Assembly: GCA_943704425.1 (NCBI GenBank)
Contig: CALSCP010000012.1
Coordinates: 5,538 to 69,537, forward strand
Origin: Ministeria vibrans ATCC 50519
Taxonomy: Eukaryota; Protista; Filasterea
DNA: 64,000 nucleotides
Direction of reading: 5' to 3'
Shown here: positions 16,081-31,052 of the stretch, piece after piece
Position numbering within the stretch: position 1 is the stretch's first letter
Layout: the number at the start of each line of letters is the position of its first letter
Position numbers and translations under genes: made by a program
The notes under the pieces: generated by a model
Databases searched by the model: none
Seen by the model: only the letters and a program-made list of their open reading frames with translations
What the model was told of the DNA's origin: nothing

Positions 16081-16863
16081 CGGCACTGGTGAGGTTGGCC
16101 TGCTTGAAGGCAACCAGGCCACTGTCAAAGGCCGCCTGTTGTGCCGCAGTGAAGTAGGCGGTCTGCGGAAGAACCTTGTCTGCAAGACGCACATGCGCCG
16201 CCAGGTCCTTCTCCACAATGTATTGCATCAGATTGCGACCGATGAAGCCGGTGCCTGCGCAATGAGAGGGGGAAAGTGTGATTGAATCGCATAAACATAA
16301 AAAAGTGTGTGATGACGACGACACGATTTAGAAGAACAGAAAAAGCTGAGTGTAATTATGGACGCATCTAAGCGGATAGGTAAAAATGCACGTGTTCCGA
16401 GACGTACGCCCGGCCAAAGGAGCATCTTGAAAACGAAACAACTCAACAAATCGGAGAACGATTTTTTTTTTTGCAAAGTTTAAAACTCCATAAGAGCCAA
16501 AGCGAATCAAGACCGAAGCAACAGCTGATAGGCATGGGAACGCCAGTAGTTGTGGATATTGGTAGGCTAGCAGCGGTCTTTCTACGATTTGAAGTCGGTG
16601 CGACTTGCAAAGTTTTTTTTTTTGCCAAATAGAAACCCTGACAGTCAAAAAGAAGCCTGCTTGCGGGGACTTGAGCCATGCATATGAGCATTAGAAGGAA
16701 TATGGAACGCATGCGGCAAATAGTTGGGGCGAATCGACGCCGGGATATGGTGGTAGAGACACGAAAGCGAATACGTCACGAACACTGTTGAAACGTCATA
16801 GGAAAGGAAAAAGGGCGAAACGATCGTACCGCCAAGAATCAGGACGCGTGGTTTGTCAGACAT
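16081..16863 (-). CDS. NAD-dependent epimerase/dehydratase (extended SDR); only exons 1-2 present, truncated at an assembly gap
   Basis: MSDKPRVLILGG | TGFIGRNLMQYIVE...VRLADKVLPQTAY...FKQANL. The GGxGFIG motif is split by an intron of about 570 nt. The next intron runs into the N gap at 15981-15983. Confidence 0.8.
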
Positions 16864-17044
16864 GTCTGTAAGATGTTGATTGGATGTATTTAAGGTGTAT
16901 GTACGCAATGGCGCTTTAATTTGTCTGACTTGATGATTGATCAGTGATCACGTCTTGAAAAGTCAAAATAAGTTCACCACACTACTCGATCAAGTTTTTG
17001 AAAATTAAAAAATACATTAATACAAACAATTTATTTGTGCAAGT

Positions 17045-20000
17045 ATGGCGCTCGCACCGACCAATGCGTTGTCGCTGCGTGTTGTCAAGGATGGAAACGT
17101 GAAAACACTTCAGGTATGAACGTTTCGTCGGGATCACCGCCACACAAAATACCACCTCACCCCATACGGCTCTCTGCAGTTTTCCGGCGACCTCGTCGTC
17201 TTCGAGGTGTGTCGTGAACTGGAATCCCGACTTGATGTGGACAACGGCGACGAGTATGGGCTGTTCCTGCCCGAAGAGGACTCTACCAAAGGGCGCTGGA
17301 TGGAGCCCGGCCGCACTCTCAACTACTACGACCTCTCCAGCGGAGTAAGCACTTCGCCCTGCAGCCTGCTTGCCGTCACAGCCCGCCTCTGCGCTGCTGC
17401 TGTCCCCTGCCATCGCTCTGTTTCCGCTCTTTCAACAATCTGCAGTCGGGTCAATGATAAAAAGTTTTTTTTTATCATCTTGATTGCGTTTGCTCAGCAA
17501 CCCTGCTCGTCGCTTTCTCAGCTCCCATGCGCCACTACACGTATTTCATGCATTTCTTTGCTTCCTGCCGCTGCTGGCTCTTAAATCCGCCTTGTCTGGA
17601 CGAATTAGAGCAAAAAATAACTTTGAGTGACGTGGTTTTCCTTTTTTTTCATTTCTGATTTTCGATCGGCTCTTTTGCTCTCTCCTCTCGCTCTGCTCTC
17701 TCCTCTCGCAAGTCGCGCCCATGCTCTTGTTCTTCTTTCATCTACTTTCCTCGCACACCGAGCTGTTTCAGTGCACATTTTTTTTTGTCGCCACACAAAT
17801 GTGAACTCGAACAACTAATAATACTTATTACGTCTTTTGTCAGGACATGATCGAGTACAAAAAGAAGATTCGACCTTTACGTGTCAAGCTCATGGATGAC
17901 TCCACTCGAATGGTACAGACAGACGGGAAGGGAATGTCCTCGATTAACTCTTATTCGACTTCACTTTCTCTCTTTCACTTTCACTCTCTCTCTCTCCATT
18001 ACTTTGTTTGTTTCTCCTCCTCTTCGCCGTGTTTCCATCTTCTCTTTCCTCTGCTTTTTCTTTTTATTTTCAGGTGATGGTGGACGACAGTCTAATTGTG
18101 TCAGACTTGGTGCGGACCGTGTGTGACCGAATTGGAATCAACAATTTCGACGAGTTCTCGTTCACGTCCAACGTGAGCAAGGAGGACATTGGCGAGGAGA
18201 AGAAGCCCGAGGGTGGCATTGTGTCCAAGGCGGAGGCGCGTCAGGCGAAAAAGATGCAAAAGCTCAAGAAGAAGCTGCACACAGACGACGAAGTGAACTG
18301 GCTCAATCCCGATCGCAGTCTGCGCGAACAAGGCGTCGACGAGACCAAGCAGGTCACGCTGCGCAAAAAATTCTTCTTCAGTGACCAGAACGTCGATCGA
18401 AACGACCCCGTCCAGCTCAACCTGCTCTACGTCCAGAGTCGCGACGCCATTCTTAACGGTTCTCACCCTTGTAGCCTTGACGACGCCATTCGATTTGCCG
18501 CCCTTCAAATGCAGGTAATAATTAAAATAATAGGACCGATTTTTTTTTGGTTTCTTTTTTCACTCGCATCTTATTTTGTCCTTTGCATTGCCTATGAATG
18601 TGATTGTGTTTAGGTGCAACATGGTGATCACGATGCAAACAAGCACAAGGGCTCCTTTGTGAGTATGGACACGCTGTTGCCGCCCGAGTACGCCAAGCAA
18701 AAGGGTCTCGACAAACGCATTTTCGCGGACCATCGCAAATTGGTGACGCTCAACGAAATGAATGCCAAGTTGCGGTATATTCAGCTCTGTCGGTCGCTCA
18801 AGACGTACGGTGTCACATTCTTCTTGGTCAAGGAGAAGGTCAAGGGCAAGAATAAGCTGGAGCCGCGTCTGCTGGGCGTCACTCGCGACAGTGTGTTGCG
18901 TGTCGACGAGCGCACCAAGGAGGTCATGCGCACCTGGCCCCTCACTCAGGTGCGTCGTTGGGCTGCCTCACCAAACTCGTTTACCCTCGACTTTGGCGAC
19001 TACTCCGAGTCGTACTACTCGGTGCAGACAACCGAAGGCGAGGCCATCAGCAAGCTCATTGCCGGCTACATTGACATTATTCTCAAGAAGAAGAAGGACT
19101 CGGACAAGATTGTGCCGATCGACGAGGCAAGTGCCTCCGCCTCGTCTGACTCCATCTCGGGCCACAAAGCCAAGCGTGTTGTGCGCCGCAAAGGTCCCCT
19201 CGCGATCACCTCCACCGGCGAATCCACCAGCCCCGCGCCGAGTCCCCCCACCAGCCCGACCGGCGGCGGCGGCCATCGTGCTTCCAATGTGGGTCCCGGA
19301 GGCGCAGCTCTCGGCCCGCGTCAGGCAGCCAACTTGCGTCCGGGTGCGCCACCCACCGTCTCCGGTGGTGGTCAACAGCGCCCCGAGCAGGCTGGTATGG
19401 GTTTGACGGCGCATCTTAACCGTGGCCAGGCGGCCGTCGGCGTTGCAATGACCTTCCTCGCTAGCGCTGCCGTTCTCCCGCCACTGGGCACTGACCCAGC
19501 GTCCAAGGCGTGGGTGCGTAAGACGCGCATGGTCACTGAGAGCAACGTCTCCGTCCAGCTTGCGGCCGTGTCGGCGGCCGCCGCACGTCTCATCAACTTG
19601 ACGGCGCTTGGCGACGTTGACAGCACCGCGCTTGGCTCGGCCGTCTCATCTATGGCCAGCAACATTGTCGAGCTTGGCAAGTCGGCCAAGCTGCTAGCGG
19701 GTCTCGACGAGGAACAGAGTGCTACCATTCTCAAGGCAGTGCGCGAACTCACGGAGCTGTCGGGTGTCATGATGGGCGCGGTCCAGTCGGACGGTCAGGT
19801 GGACCGCAAGGAGTTGGGCAAGATTGCTGGATCGCTTGGTCTCAATGCCGAAGGTGTGCTGGCACTCACGCGTGGCGGCAATCGAGCCAAGAAGGAGACC
19901 GTCGAGATTTTGTTTGATCACGCTAAGGAGGTTGCCGGCACCATGGCGGGCGTCGTCAACGCCGCCAAATCGGTCGCTGCGCAGTGTGCCAATCCGGCCA

Positions 20001-23000
20001 AGCAGGCCGAGGTGATCCAATTGGCCAAGGACGCCGCGGTGTTCACATCGCAGCTGGTCACGGTCACCAAGTTGTGCGGTGCGTCCGTCGACGTTGACAT
20101 GTGTCAGGATCAGCTGTTGGCCGCGGCGCGTGCCATTCTCGCCGCTTGCCAGCAACTCAAGTTTGTCTCGGACGAGTGTTGCGACGACTTTGCCGCGCGC
20201 AAGGAGCTTGCCGATAACATTCAGGTAATGTCCACGGCGGTCGGAGGCTACTCGGCGGCCGTCAACGAGACCGCCGAAAAGGCACGTCAGGCCGAGGTCA
20301 AGGTGACAAGCAAGGAGGAGACCTGCCAGAAGATTATGGAGGCGGCCAATGCCATGCAGTCCGCCAGTGGCAATGTGCCTCGCATGGTCACTCACGCCAA
20401 GACGTTTGCCCAGGGTTCAGCGCTGCTGTGCAACCTCATCAAGGCCGAAAGCAAGAATACGACAGACAAGAACGAGGCGGATCGTTTGCTCGACGCAGCA
20501 AAACGCCTCGCCGAGTCGACTGCCTTCCTGGTCAACTGTGCCAAGGCGGCCTCAGGCAAACCCAAAGATATTCTGCTCATGACCCGTCTCGCCGACGCCG
20601 GTCACGAGTTGCGTGCCACCGCCGAGGAGGTCTCCAACGAGGCGGTGCGTGCCGTTCTCATGAAGAAGCTGCGTGACGCGGCTCGTACCGCCACAGCGTC
20701 CACGTCAAACCTGACCAGTGCCGTCGCCGAGTGTCAGTCGTGCAATCGTAATTTGGTGTCGCAAGAGCAACTGCTTGCCACGAGCAAGGCCATTATTGCC
20801 TCCATCAACGACCTCATTGCTGCCGAACGCGCCAGCTCGGACCCTGACTTGCAACAGTCGGCGACGGCCCAACTTGAACTCATCAAGACGGCGCGTGCCT
20901 TTATTCCCAACGGCCAACGCCTGCTTGCCGCGTGCAAGGCCGCCGCACCGACCATTGACGATCCCGCCGTGAGCATGACAGTCGACGAGCTGACGGGCAA
21001 ACTCGGAAAGGCCCTTGAGACACTCAAGGTGGCCCAGGAGCAGGCGGCCACCGCCTGTGACTCGATGGAGTTTAATGCAGCCCTCGAGGTACGTTTTAAA
21101 GAAACAGGAAAACCCTTTCACTTTTCCGTTTCTCTTTCTTTCCTTTTTTATTCTTCTTTTTTTTTTTGTTTTTTTGTGTGTGTGTGTGTGTGTGTATTCT
21201 TCTTCTAAATTTGAGCGCGCTTTCTAATTGATTAGTTGTTGGACGAATTGGACTTGGATTTGGACGCGGTTGAATCCACCTGTACCATTGGCAAGTTGTT
21301 GCCGTTGCCGTCGGACGATGCGGACCAAGCAGCGGCCGAGGTGGGCGCACTGAGCAAGACAATGCAGAGTGCCATTGCGCAGTTGGTGTCGGCGGCGCGC
21401 CAGGGCAACAAGACGTATGTGGGTGTGGCGGCGCGTGACATGGTGGGCATGCTCAGTGATTTTTGCGACGCGTGTCGTGCAGTCGCAGCGACCGACAAGA
21501 CCAAGACGGGCGCGGACCGTGCCGAGATTGTGCGGGTTGCTCGTGATGTCATTGGTGTCTGTCGTGTCGCCATGGATGACTGTCGCGACGTTGTCGAGAC
21601 CCAGGCGGCCCGACACGCCAACGGTGACGGTGACGACGACGGCAACGACGACGAAGAGGACGAGATGGCTCTTGCCATGGCGGACGATCTCAGCAAGCAC
21701 CAGATAGGAATGCAGAATGCGCTGGACCAGGTGCTTCGCTGCCTTCCCGGTCTCGGCGACGTCGACACGTGCATCGACACCATCCACGACATGCTTGCGG
21801 GTCTTGAAGAGGGCCAGCTTCCCTTTGTCGATGGTGTCCAGCAAAAGGACTTGTGGGCATTGCTGGACATGTCGGCGGGCGAGCTCAGTGATGCTGCCGC
21901 CAGTATTGTGGCTGCCTCGCGTCAGGGGGCCGCCGAGCTGTCGACTGCGGCGCGTGCTTACAGCGAGAAACTCGAGCAAATGGTTGGCATGGGAGCTCAA
22001 CTGGCGGCTGTGAGTCCCGACGTGGAGGGACCCGGCTCGCAAAGCGACTGTCTCACAGGTCTGCGCAACATGGTGGAGGCATCGGCACGTCTCGTCGAGT
22101 CGGCCAAGGTACTTGCGGCCGACGTGAACACCCCCAACGGTCGTACCATGTTGGCCATGTCGGCGCGCGCGCTCACCGACTCGATCAACTCCATGCTGGA
22201 CAACTGCATTGGCTCAGACACGGTTGCGGGTACGGTCGAGTGCGATGCGGCAGCGCGCACCATTCGTGGACTTATGGAACAGTGCGAGACGGTCGACGAG
22301 CCCATCAATGACTCGGACTACTTTTCCTGTCTCGACACCACAGTGGGTCGTTCGCAGGCGCTCGGGGAGTGCATGACTCAGATTCGCGCGTGTGTGCGTG
22401 CCTCCGAGGGTGAGAGTGTCGCTGCGGTGGCCGCCGAGGCGTCGGCAGCGGTCACGTCGCTCACCGAGGCTGTCTTGCAGGCGGCGTACCTGGTGGGTCG
22501 TGCAGACACGTCGGCTGTCGAGGCGGAGACGGGCGTGGTGGATCAAGCGGAGTTTGCGCGTGCGCGTCAGGCCATTCTGCTGGCGTGCGACGCCCTCAAT
22601 GCGCCTGACGCGGACCAGAAGAAAATCTTGGCGACCGCGACGGTCATTGCCAAGCACACGAGTGCCCTGTGCAATGGCTGCAAGCAGGCGAGCAAGCTAA
22701 CCACAAACCCCGTGGCGAAGCAGCAGTTTGTGTCGAGTGCCAAGGCGGTGGCCAAGTCGACGGGGCAGCTCGTGGCTACCATGAAGCGACTTGCCATTGA
22801 CCCGTCCGATTTGCACCGCGAACAGTGCGCCGATGCGACCCAACCACTCATTGACGCGGTCGATGTGCTCTGCACCTATGCCGGTAGTCCCGAATTTGGT
22901 GCGGGCGTTGTGTTCTCGCTGAGTCCGCAGGCGCTTGCGTCCCAAATGCCACTGCTTGCCTGCGTCAAGTCGATGGTGGCGGCTGCACAACACTTTATGG

Positions 23001-25894
23001 AGACGTGCAAGTCGGGTCTGAAGGATCCGGGCGACGAGACGCGCCTGAAACGACTTGACGCTGACTCGGCGAACTTGGCCAAGACGCTGCGTGACGTGGT
23101 CAATAACGTGCGTCAGGTGGCGCCCGGCCAAGAAGAGTGCCAGCGTGCCATGGATCTGGTGAGTATCTCACAGCATTTGCTGGACAAGGCGAATCTGTCG
23201 GCGACGCTGGGCGAGTTGGAGCCACGCGACGAGTCGACGCTCAAGGGCTTTCAGAGCCACCTGTTGCAGAATACGCAGGGCGTTGCCGAGCTGATTATGC
23301 CGTTGGCGTCGGCTGCGCGTGGCGATCCACTCAAGCTTGGCAAGAACGTGTCGGGCCTGTCCAACTACCTGCCAAACTTGGTGAACGCGGCAATTGGCGT
23401 GGCCTCGCACTACACCGATCCCGACGAGCAGGTGGCGGTGCTTGACCGTGTGCGCACGGTGGTTGAGTCGGCGGAGAATCTTATTGAGTCGTGCCGCGAC
23501 GCGGGCGGTAGCACCAAGGCGAGCGAGGCGCACACCATTGTCGATGGGTGTGCGCACGAGATTCGCGACGCGTGCAACGACCTTATTCACACGCTGGAGA
23601 GTGCTGCCGGCAACGCCTCCATTATGGAGCGTGTGGTGGATCAGTTGCAGACGCTGCAGACGCGTGTGAACGAGGCACCCACACAGGTGAACAAGTCGGT
23701 CGACGAGTACAAGCGAGTGATTCAGGACAGCGCACGCAACCTGGCCAAGACGGCGGCGCGTGCCATTGCCTTTTCGACGACCAATCCGGGCGAGCTGGTG
23801 CGTCTTGGGCGCGATTTGGTGGACGATTATGCGATTGTGGTGGAGGGCATGCAGGGACTGGAGGCGACCACGTCGAACGAGGAGCAGCAGATGAGCGTGC
23901 ATCAGGCAGTGTTGGGTCTGGGACCGACGTTGATTGCGCTTGCGGGCTCGTGTGCGGGCGTCGACGAGATTCGCAACGATGTGTCGCGTCAGAAGCAGCT
24001 CAGCGAAGATGCGCGTCTGGTCAACGATCGCGTCGCCAAGGTGTTGCAGGCGGTGCGGGCGGGCGGACGCGGTCTGGTTGCGTGCGACACGGCTGCTAAC
24101 ATTATTGGACAGGTGTCGCGTGACCTCGAGACGACGGCGATGTTTGCGTCGGCAGGCACGCTGTCGGCCAACGACAAGGGCTCAGGCGATCACGCGATGC
24201 TGATGCGAAGCAAGGAGGATTTGCTACGCGCGTGCAAGGCATTGATGGAGGGCGTGAAGAACATGGTGAGCGGTGCGACGAGCTCGCAAGAGCAGCTAAG
24301 CGAGTATGCGCAGTCAACGGCACAGACGGGGGTGACGATGGCCAAGGCGGCCAAGGATATGGCAACAGGCATGGCGACGGACGATCGTCAGGCACAAGAG
24401 ATGATACTGCACGCTGTGACGGCCGTGACCGCAACGCTGGCAGATCTGTTCTCGGCAACCAAGAGCGCAAGTGGGAAGCCGCTGAGCGACCCGGCAATGG
24501 AGTCGCTCAAGGACACAAGCAAGACGATGGTGGAGCGCATTAGCAATGTGCTCAAGGTTGTGAAGAGTGTCGACGAGCAAGGGCAGCGGGCATTCCGTGC
24601 TCTTGAGGGTGCCATGGAGAGCATTGCAACAGAGATTGCAACGTTGGCGACGCTGGAGCCACCAAAGCGTCAGACGTCGCCCGAGGATGTGATTCAGGCG
24701 ACCAAGGCACTGGCGCACGCGACGGTGCGCTGTGTGGCGGCGGTGGGCAAGGCGAAGACAAAGGAGATTGTGGACGGGTGCCAGGATGTGCGTCGTGCGA
24801 TGGTTGAGTTGGTGCAGGTGAGCAAGGGAGCGTGCACCGACGTGGACTTTGAGCTACAGAGTGGTCTGTACTCGACAGTGCGCAATGCGGCGCGCGATAC
24901 ACACTCGTTGCTGGGCGCGGTGTTTTTGGCGCTTGAAGAAGAGAACCCGGCGGCGCGCAGCGAGTGTCTGAGCCAACTGAACCAGAGCAGTTCGGTGGTG
25001 GCAGGCACGGTGAAGACGGTGATTGAGGCGGCGCGCGAGCTCAAGGGCGACGATTGGGTGGATCCCAACGACGAGACGGCGGTCGCGGAGAACGAGCTGC
25101 TGTCGGCGGCGGGTGCAATTGAGGCGGCGGCGCGCAAACTGGCCGAGCTGAAGCCACGCGAGTCGGCGCGCGCCGTGGACGAAGATCTGGGCTTTGAAGA
25201 GCAGATTGTTGAAGCGGCCACGGCGATTGCGCAGGCAACGTCGGCACTGGTCAAGGCGGCGAACCAGGCGCAGAAGGAGATGAACTCGTCGGGCGGGACG
25301 TTTAGCAAGAAGAAGTTGACGCGTGCCAACTCGACGTGGTCGGACGGTGTCGCGTCCGCCTCTCGTGTGGTTGCCACGGCGACGCACAATCTGGTGGAGC
25401 AGGCGAATATGTGTGTGACAGGCGAAGGGTCGCAAGATTCGCTTGTGGCGGCGGCGAAGCAGGTTGCAAGCACGACAGCGCAGCTGGCAGTGGCGTGCCG
25501 TGTCAACTCGGACATGAAGAGCAAGACGCAGCAGCGACTCAACCAGGCGGCGCAGATTGTCAAGAAAGCGACAGATGCGCTGGTCAAGGCCGCCGAGGAG
25601 GCGTCTGTCTTTGAGTCGACCGAGAGTGCCTTTAAGGTGAGACTTTTGGAGAGAAAGAGAGAGAGAGGAAAATGGGCTAAGACTCATTTCTCCGTTTTGT
25701 TTAGGTTGATGAGCGATTTGTGGGCTCGATTGCACAGGAGATGAATATTCAGGAGGAGATTCTGCGCAAAGAGCGTGAGTTGGAAGGGGCACGACGTAAG
25801 ATCCAATGGGAGGGCGATAACAATGTGATTCTCATGTGTTTGATATATCATAGGCAAACTGGAGCAGTTGCGGAAGGCAAAGTATCAGGAATAG
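17045..25894 (+). CDS. TLN: Talin, full length (F0-F3 FERM head, helical rod, I/LWEQ and dimerisation helix), roughly 2,600 aa
   Basis: YGLFLPEED..KGRW.EPGRTL.YY; KLKKKLHTDDEVNWL; RKKFFFSDQNVDRNDPVQLNLLYVQ; LKTYGVTFFLVKEK; RRWAASPNSFTLDFGDY; DWVDP....AENELL.AA.AIEAAA; QEEILRKERELE.AR.KL..LRK.KY. Eight exons. Confidence 0.97.
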
Positions 25895-25912
25895 TCAGCG
25901 AGACAGACAGAG

Positions 25913-25987
<75 letters not shown>

Positions 25988-26306
25988 GTGAGAGATATAT
26001 TGCGAGAGAGAAGGAGAGTGAGAGTGAGAACGAGAGAGAGAGACAGACAGACAGACAGATAGAGAAAGAGAGAGAATACATTTATCACTTTGCATATGTT
26101 TATCACCAAACTCGAGGTCCTTCCATTGAGCACTATCTCTTTGGAGGGAGGAATCAAAACCTATTTTGAAAATATCATTTTGTGGATGACAATTTATATA
26201 AGTACCGGCATCGAAATGAGGATTATTTTGACGATTTGTTTCAATTTGTATTTTTTTTTCAACAGTGACGCGAGAAGAAGACAAAACGCACCACCAAAAC
26301 ATATGA

Positions 26307-27539
<1,233 letters not shown>

Positions 27540-27693
27540 CTTGAAGCGTGGGTGCAAATGCCAATCGAAAAGAATGATCAAAATTCAAAAGAATATAGAT
27601 ATAAGGGGCGACAAAATCCGAGATCAAATATCAATTCATAGTTCAGTCATCTCTCATCAACATATTTTCTCCCCCTTTGTTAATCTATCTGAT

Positions 27694-28371
27694 ATGAGCA
27701 TCGACGTGGTTATGAGTGACTCTACGGCATCAACGACGGGAAGCGGCAAGGAAAAGAAATCGCGAAAGCGACTGCGCAGCTCAGACCTGACGGATTCGGC
27801 GACGGCGAGTCCGTCACTCTCGGCAGACGAGTCGAGTGAGACGCGTGAGTCACGCAAGGAAGAGCGCGCGGCCAAGAAACTCAAAAAGTCGCGGAAATCA
27901 GGCGACCTCGTGGAGACGACCGGGACTGCAGCCACGCTACAGGACACGCCGGCGACGGACGCGTCCCCTTCCAAGGTACATCGGATCGCGCCTGTGCACT
28001 TGAGTGTTTGTCGGTGCGCCTGAACACATCCGCTGCCTGCATGAGGCGGCGTGGCGAGTTACTCAACTCTGCGTGAAAAAAAAAAAGAAAACGTGAAAAA
28101 AAAGGCAAATCGTGTTGTGTGCTAACGGTCGTTGTTGCTGTGATTAGGATGCCAAGAAGGACAAGAAAGAGAAGAAGGACAAGAAGGACAAGAAAGAGAA
28201 GAAAGAGAAGAAGGACAAGAAGGTAAAGTCATACGACATAATATTTTTGTGCTGATCCCACTTTCTATCACTTTGTGTCTCTCACTTTGTCTTTATCACC
28301 TTGTCGCTCTCTACCACCTTGCCTCTCTCTATCTCTTTGTCTCTATCACTCTATCACTTTGTTTCTTTCCC

Positions 28372-28463
<92 letters not shown>

Positions 28464-30360
28464 ATAGTCGGACTCTGGAAGTGAGAGTGGCGTTGATGAG
28501 ACGCTTGCTTTTAACAAATTCCCTATCAGCTCGGGCACAGTGGCACGTCTTGAGGCGCGCGGCATTTCTGCACTCTTCCCGATTCAAGCAAAGACCTTTG
28601 ACGCCATTTTCGCCGGCAAAGATGTCATTGGCCAGGCGCGCACTGGTTCTGGCAAGACACTTGCCTTCGCATTGCCTGTCATCGAGAAGCTTCTCTCCAA
28701 CAAGCAGGTATTTATTTTATAGAGCGAGAGTGGGAGGGGTGACTTCGAATGGCACTCAACACTGGATTTTTTCTTCTCCTCTCTCACTTAGCGATCACAA
28801 GCTCGGGGACGAGGACCGTCGGTGATTGTGATGGCACCGACGCGCGAACTGGCGAAGCAAGTTGGGGGCGAGTTCGAGCAGTCTGCGGGCAAGGAGCTCG
28901 AGACATTCTGCATCTACGGCGGCGTCATGTATGAGCCGCAGGAGAACGCAATGCGACGCGGAGTGGACGTGCTTGTGGGCACACCGGGCCGCATTGTGGA
29001 CCACATGAACCGTGGCAACCTCAAAGTGGACAACGTGAAGTACTTTGTGTTGGACGAGGCGGACCGCATGCTCGAGACGGGCTTCCAGGAGCAAATGGAC
29101 GAGGTGCTTGCGGCGCTGCCGCAGGGCGACCAGAAGCCGCAGATTCTGCTGTTCTCGGCGACGATGCCGTCGTGGGTGACGTCGGTGGCGACCAAGCGCA
29201 TGAACAAGGACAAGGTGACGGTGACCATGGTGGGTCAGAATGAACAGCGCACTAGTACCACCATCCGCAACCTGGCAATCATGTGCCCGTATCAGGAGCG
29301 CGCGTCTGCGCTCGGTGACATTGTGCGCGCCCATGCAGGTCAGCACGGACGCACCATGGTGTTCGCGTCGACAAAGCGCGAGGCGAACGAGCTTGTGATG
29401 AGTGCCGAGGGGGGTCTGGATGCACAGGTGTTGCACGGCGACATCCAGCAGAAGCAGCGCGAGATTACTCTCCAGGGCTTCCGCGACGGCACCTTCCGTG
29501 TGCTGGTGGCGACCGACGTGGCGGCACGTGGACTCGACATTCCCGAGGTGGACCTGGTCGTGCAAACGGAGCCTCCGGTCGACGTGGAGAACTACATTCA
29601 CCGAGCGGGGCGCACGGGGCGCGCGGGCAAGGCCGGCGTGTGCGTGCTCTTCTTCAAGCCGCAGCAGGAGTACATGCTCAACCTCATTGAGCGTCGTGCC
29701 CGCTGCAAGTTTGCCCGCATTGGCCCGCCCCAGCCGGCCGATCTCATTGAGGCGGCGTCGCGCGACGCCTCCAAGTCGCTCGACAGTGTGCCTGCGTCCA
29801 TGATGGCGCTGTTCCGGCCCGTTGCCGAGCGCACGATTGACGAGCGCGGAGCTGTCGATGCGCTTGCGGCGGCCATGGCGCACATTAGCGGCGCCAGCAA
29901 CATTGCAGAACGGTCGTTGCTGTCGGCGCAACGTGGCTACAGCTCATACCAGATTGAGGTGACCGAGCCCATCCGCTCGGCGACATATGTCTGGCGGGTG
30001 CTGGAGAACCGCGTCTCGATGGAGGTTAAGGAATCGATTCGGGGCATGCGCATGCTCGCGAACTACAAGGGGTGTGCCTTTGACGTGCCCCAGGCGAACA
30101 AGGCGACACTCGAGGCAGCCTTTACCGACGCCAAGAACGCAGTGCTCACGCAGCTGACGGAACTGCCTGAGCTGGCGGTGGCCGGCGGTGGTGCAGGTGG
30201 AGGTGGTGGCGGTGGCGGCGGCGGGTTCGGTCGCCAGGGGTACGGCGGGGGAGGCCGCACGGGCCAGGGGAGCTACGGCAAGAGCGGTGGCGGTGGTGGT
30301 GGTGGTGGAGGCGGATTTGGGGGTGGACGACCGCAGAGGGGGTTCCGAGGCGGACGATGA
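27694..30360 (+). CDS. DDX21: Nucleolar DEAD-box RNA helicase DDX21/DDX50 (GUCT domain, Gly/Arg-rich tail)
   Basis: [77 protein letters not shown]...FDVP; Lys-rich N-terminus. Confidence 0.93.
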
Positions 30361-30512
30361 GGACATCTCTGTGTGTGCCGTGTGTGTGTGTTGTGTGTGT
30401 GTGGCGTGAGATGTTGATCATCGAGAAGTATCTGAATGTAATCGCAACGAACAAGAAAGAGCCGTTTTTTTATAATTTGAATAGATAAGAATACAATGCA
30501 AGTACAAAGTGG

Positions 30513-30956
30513 TTAAGTCTCCTTGGGCTGCGAGGAGAACCAAGGAACAAGGGCGGAGGTGTGCTGGGCATATCGCTGGTACTCTAAGGGCCTGCGCTGC
30601 ATCATTCGTCGCTCAAGCAGAGGGACGGAAACGAAGACGAACAGGGCGGAGATGGCCAGAGGGCCCAAGACGGACGGAAGGGCCAGCGGGGCATCGCTGG
30701 CAAGGGCAAACACAAAGACACCCCACCAAAAGAGCACTTCGCCAAAGTAGTTGGGGTGGCGAGAGTAGCGCCACAGTTGGTCTTGGAGGACCGCTGGATG
30801 AGGTTGTGATAGCGAGGGAGAAAGGTAAAGAGATGAGAAAAGAATGGAGATTACGTCTTGATGATTGTGGTACCTCCTCTTCGGACTACAAATAATAGGT
30901 GATGAGAAACGGAGAGAAAAAAGAGGAGGGAGAAAGAATCAAAGTGATTGAGATAG

Positions 30957-31052
<96 letters not shown>

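Noticed and set aside
18762-25792. Many long alternative-frame and antisense ORFs over talin (and over DDX21, WDR62, CFAP70 and the filamin-GAR gene)
   Set aside because: Shadow ORFs expected from GC-rich codon bias; no recognisable motifs.
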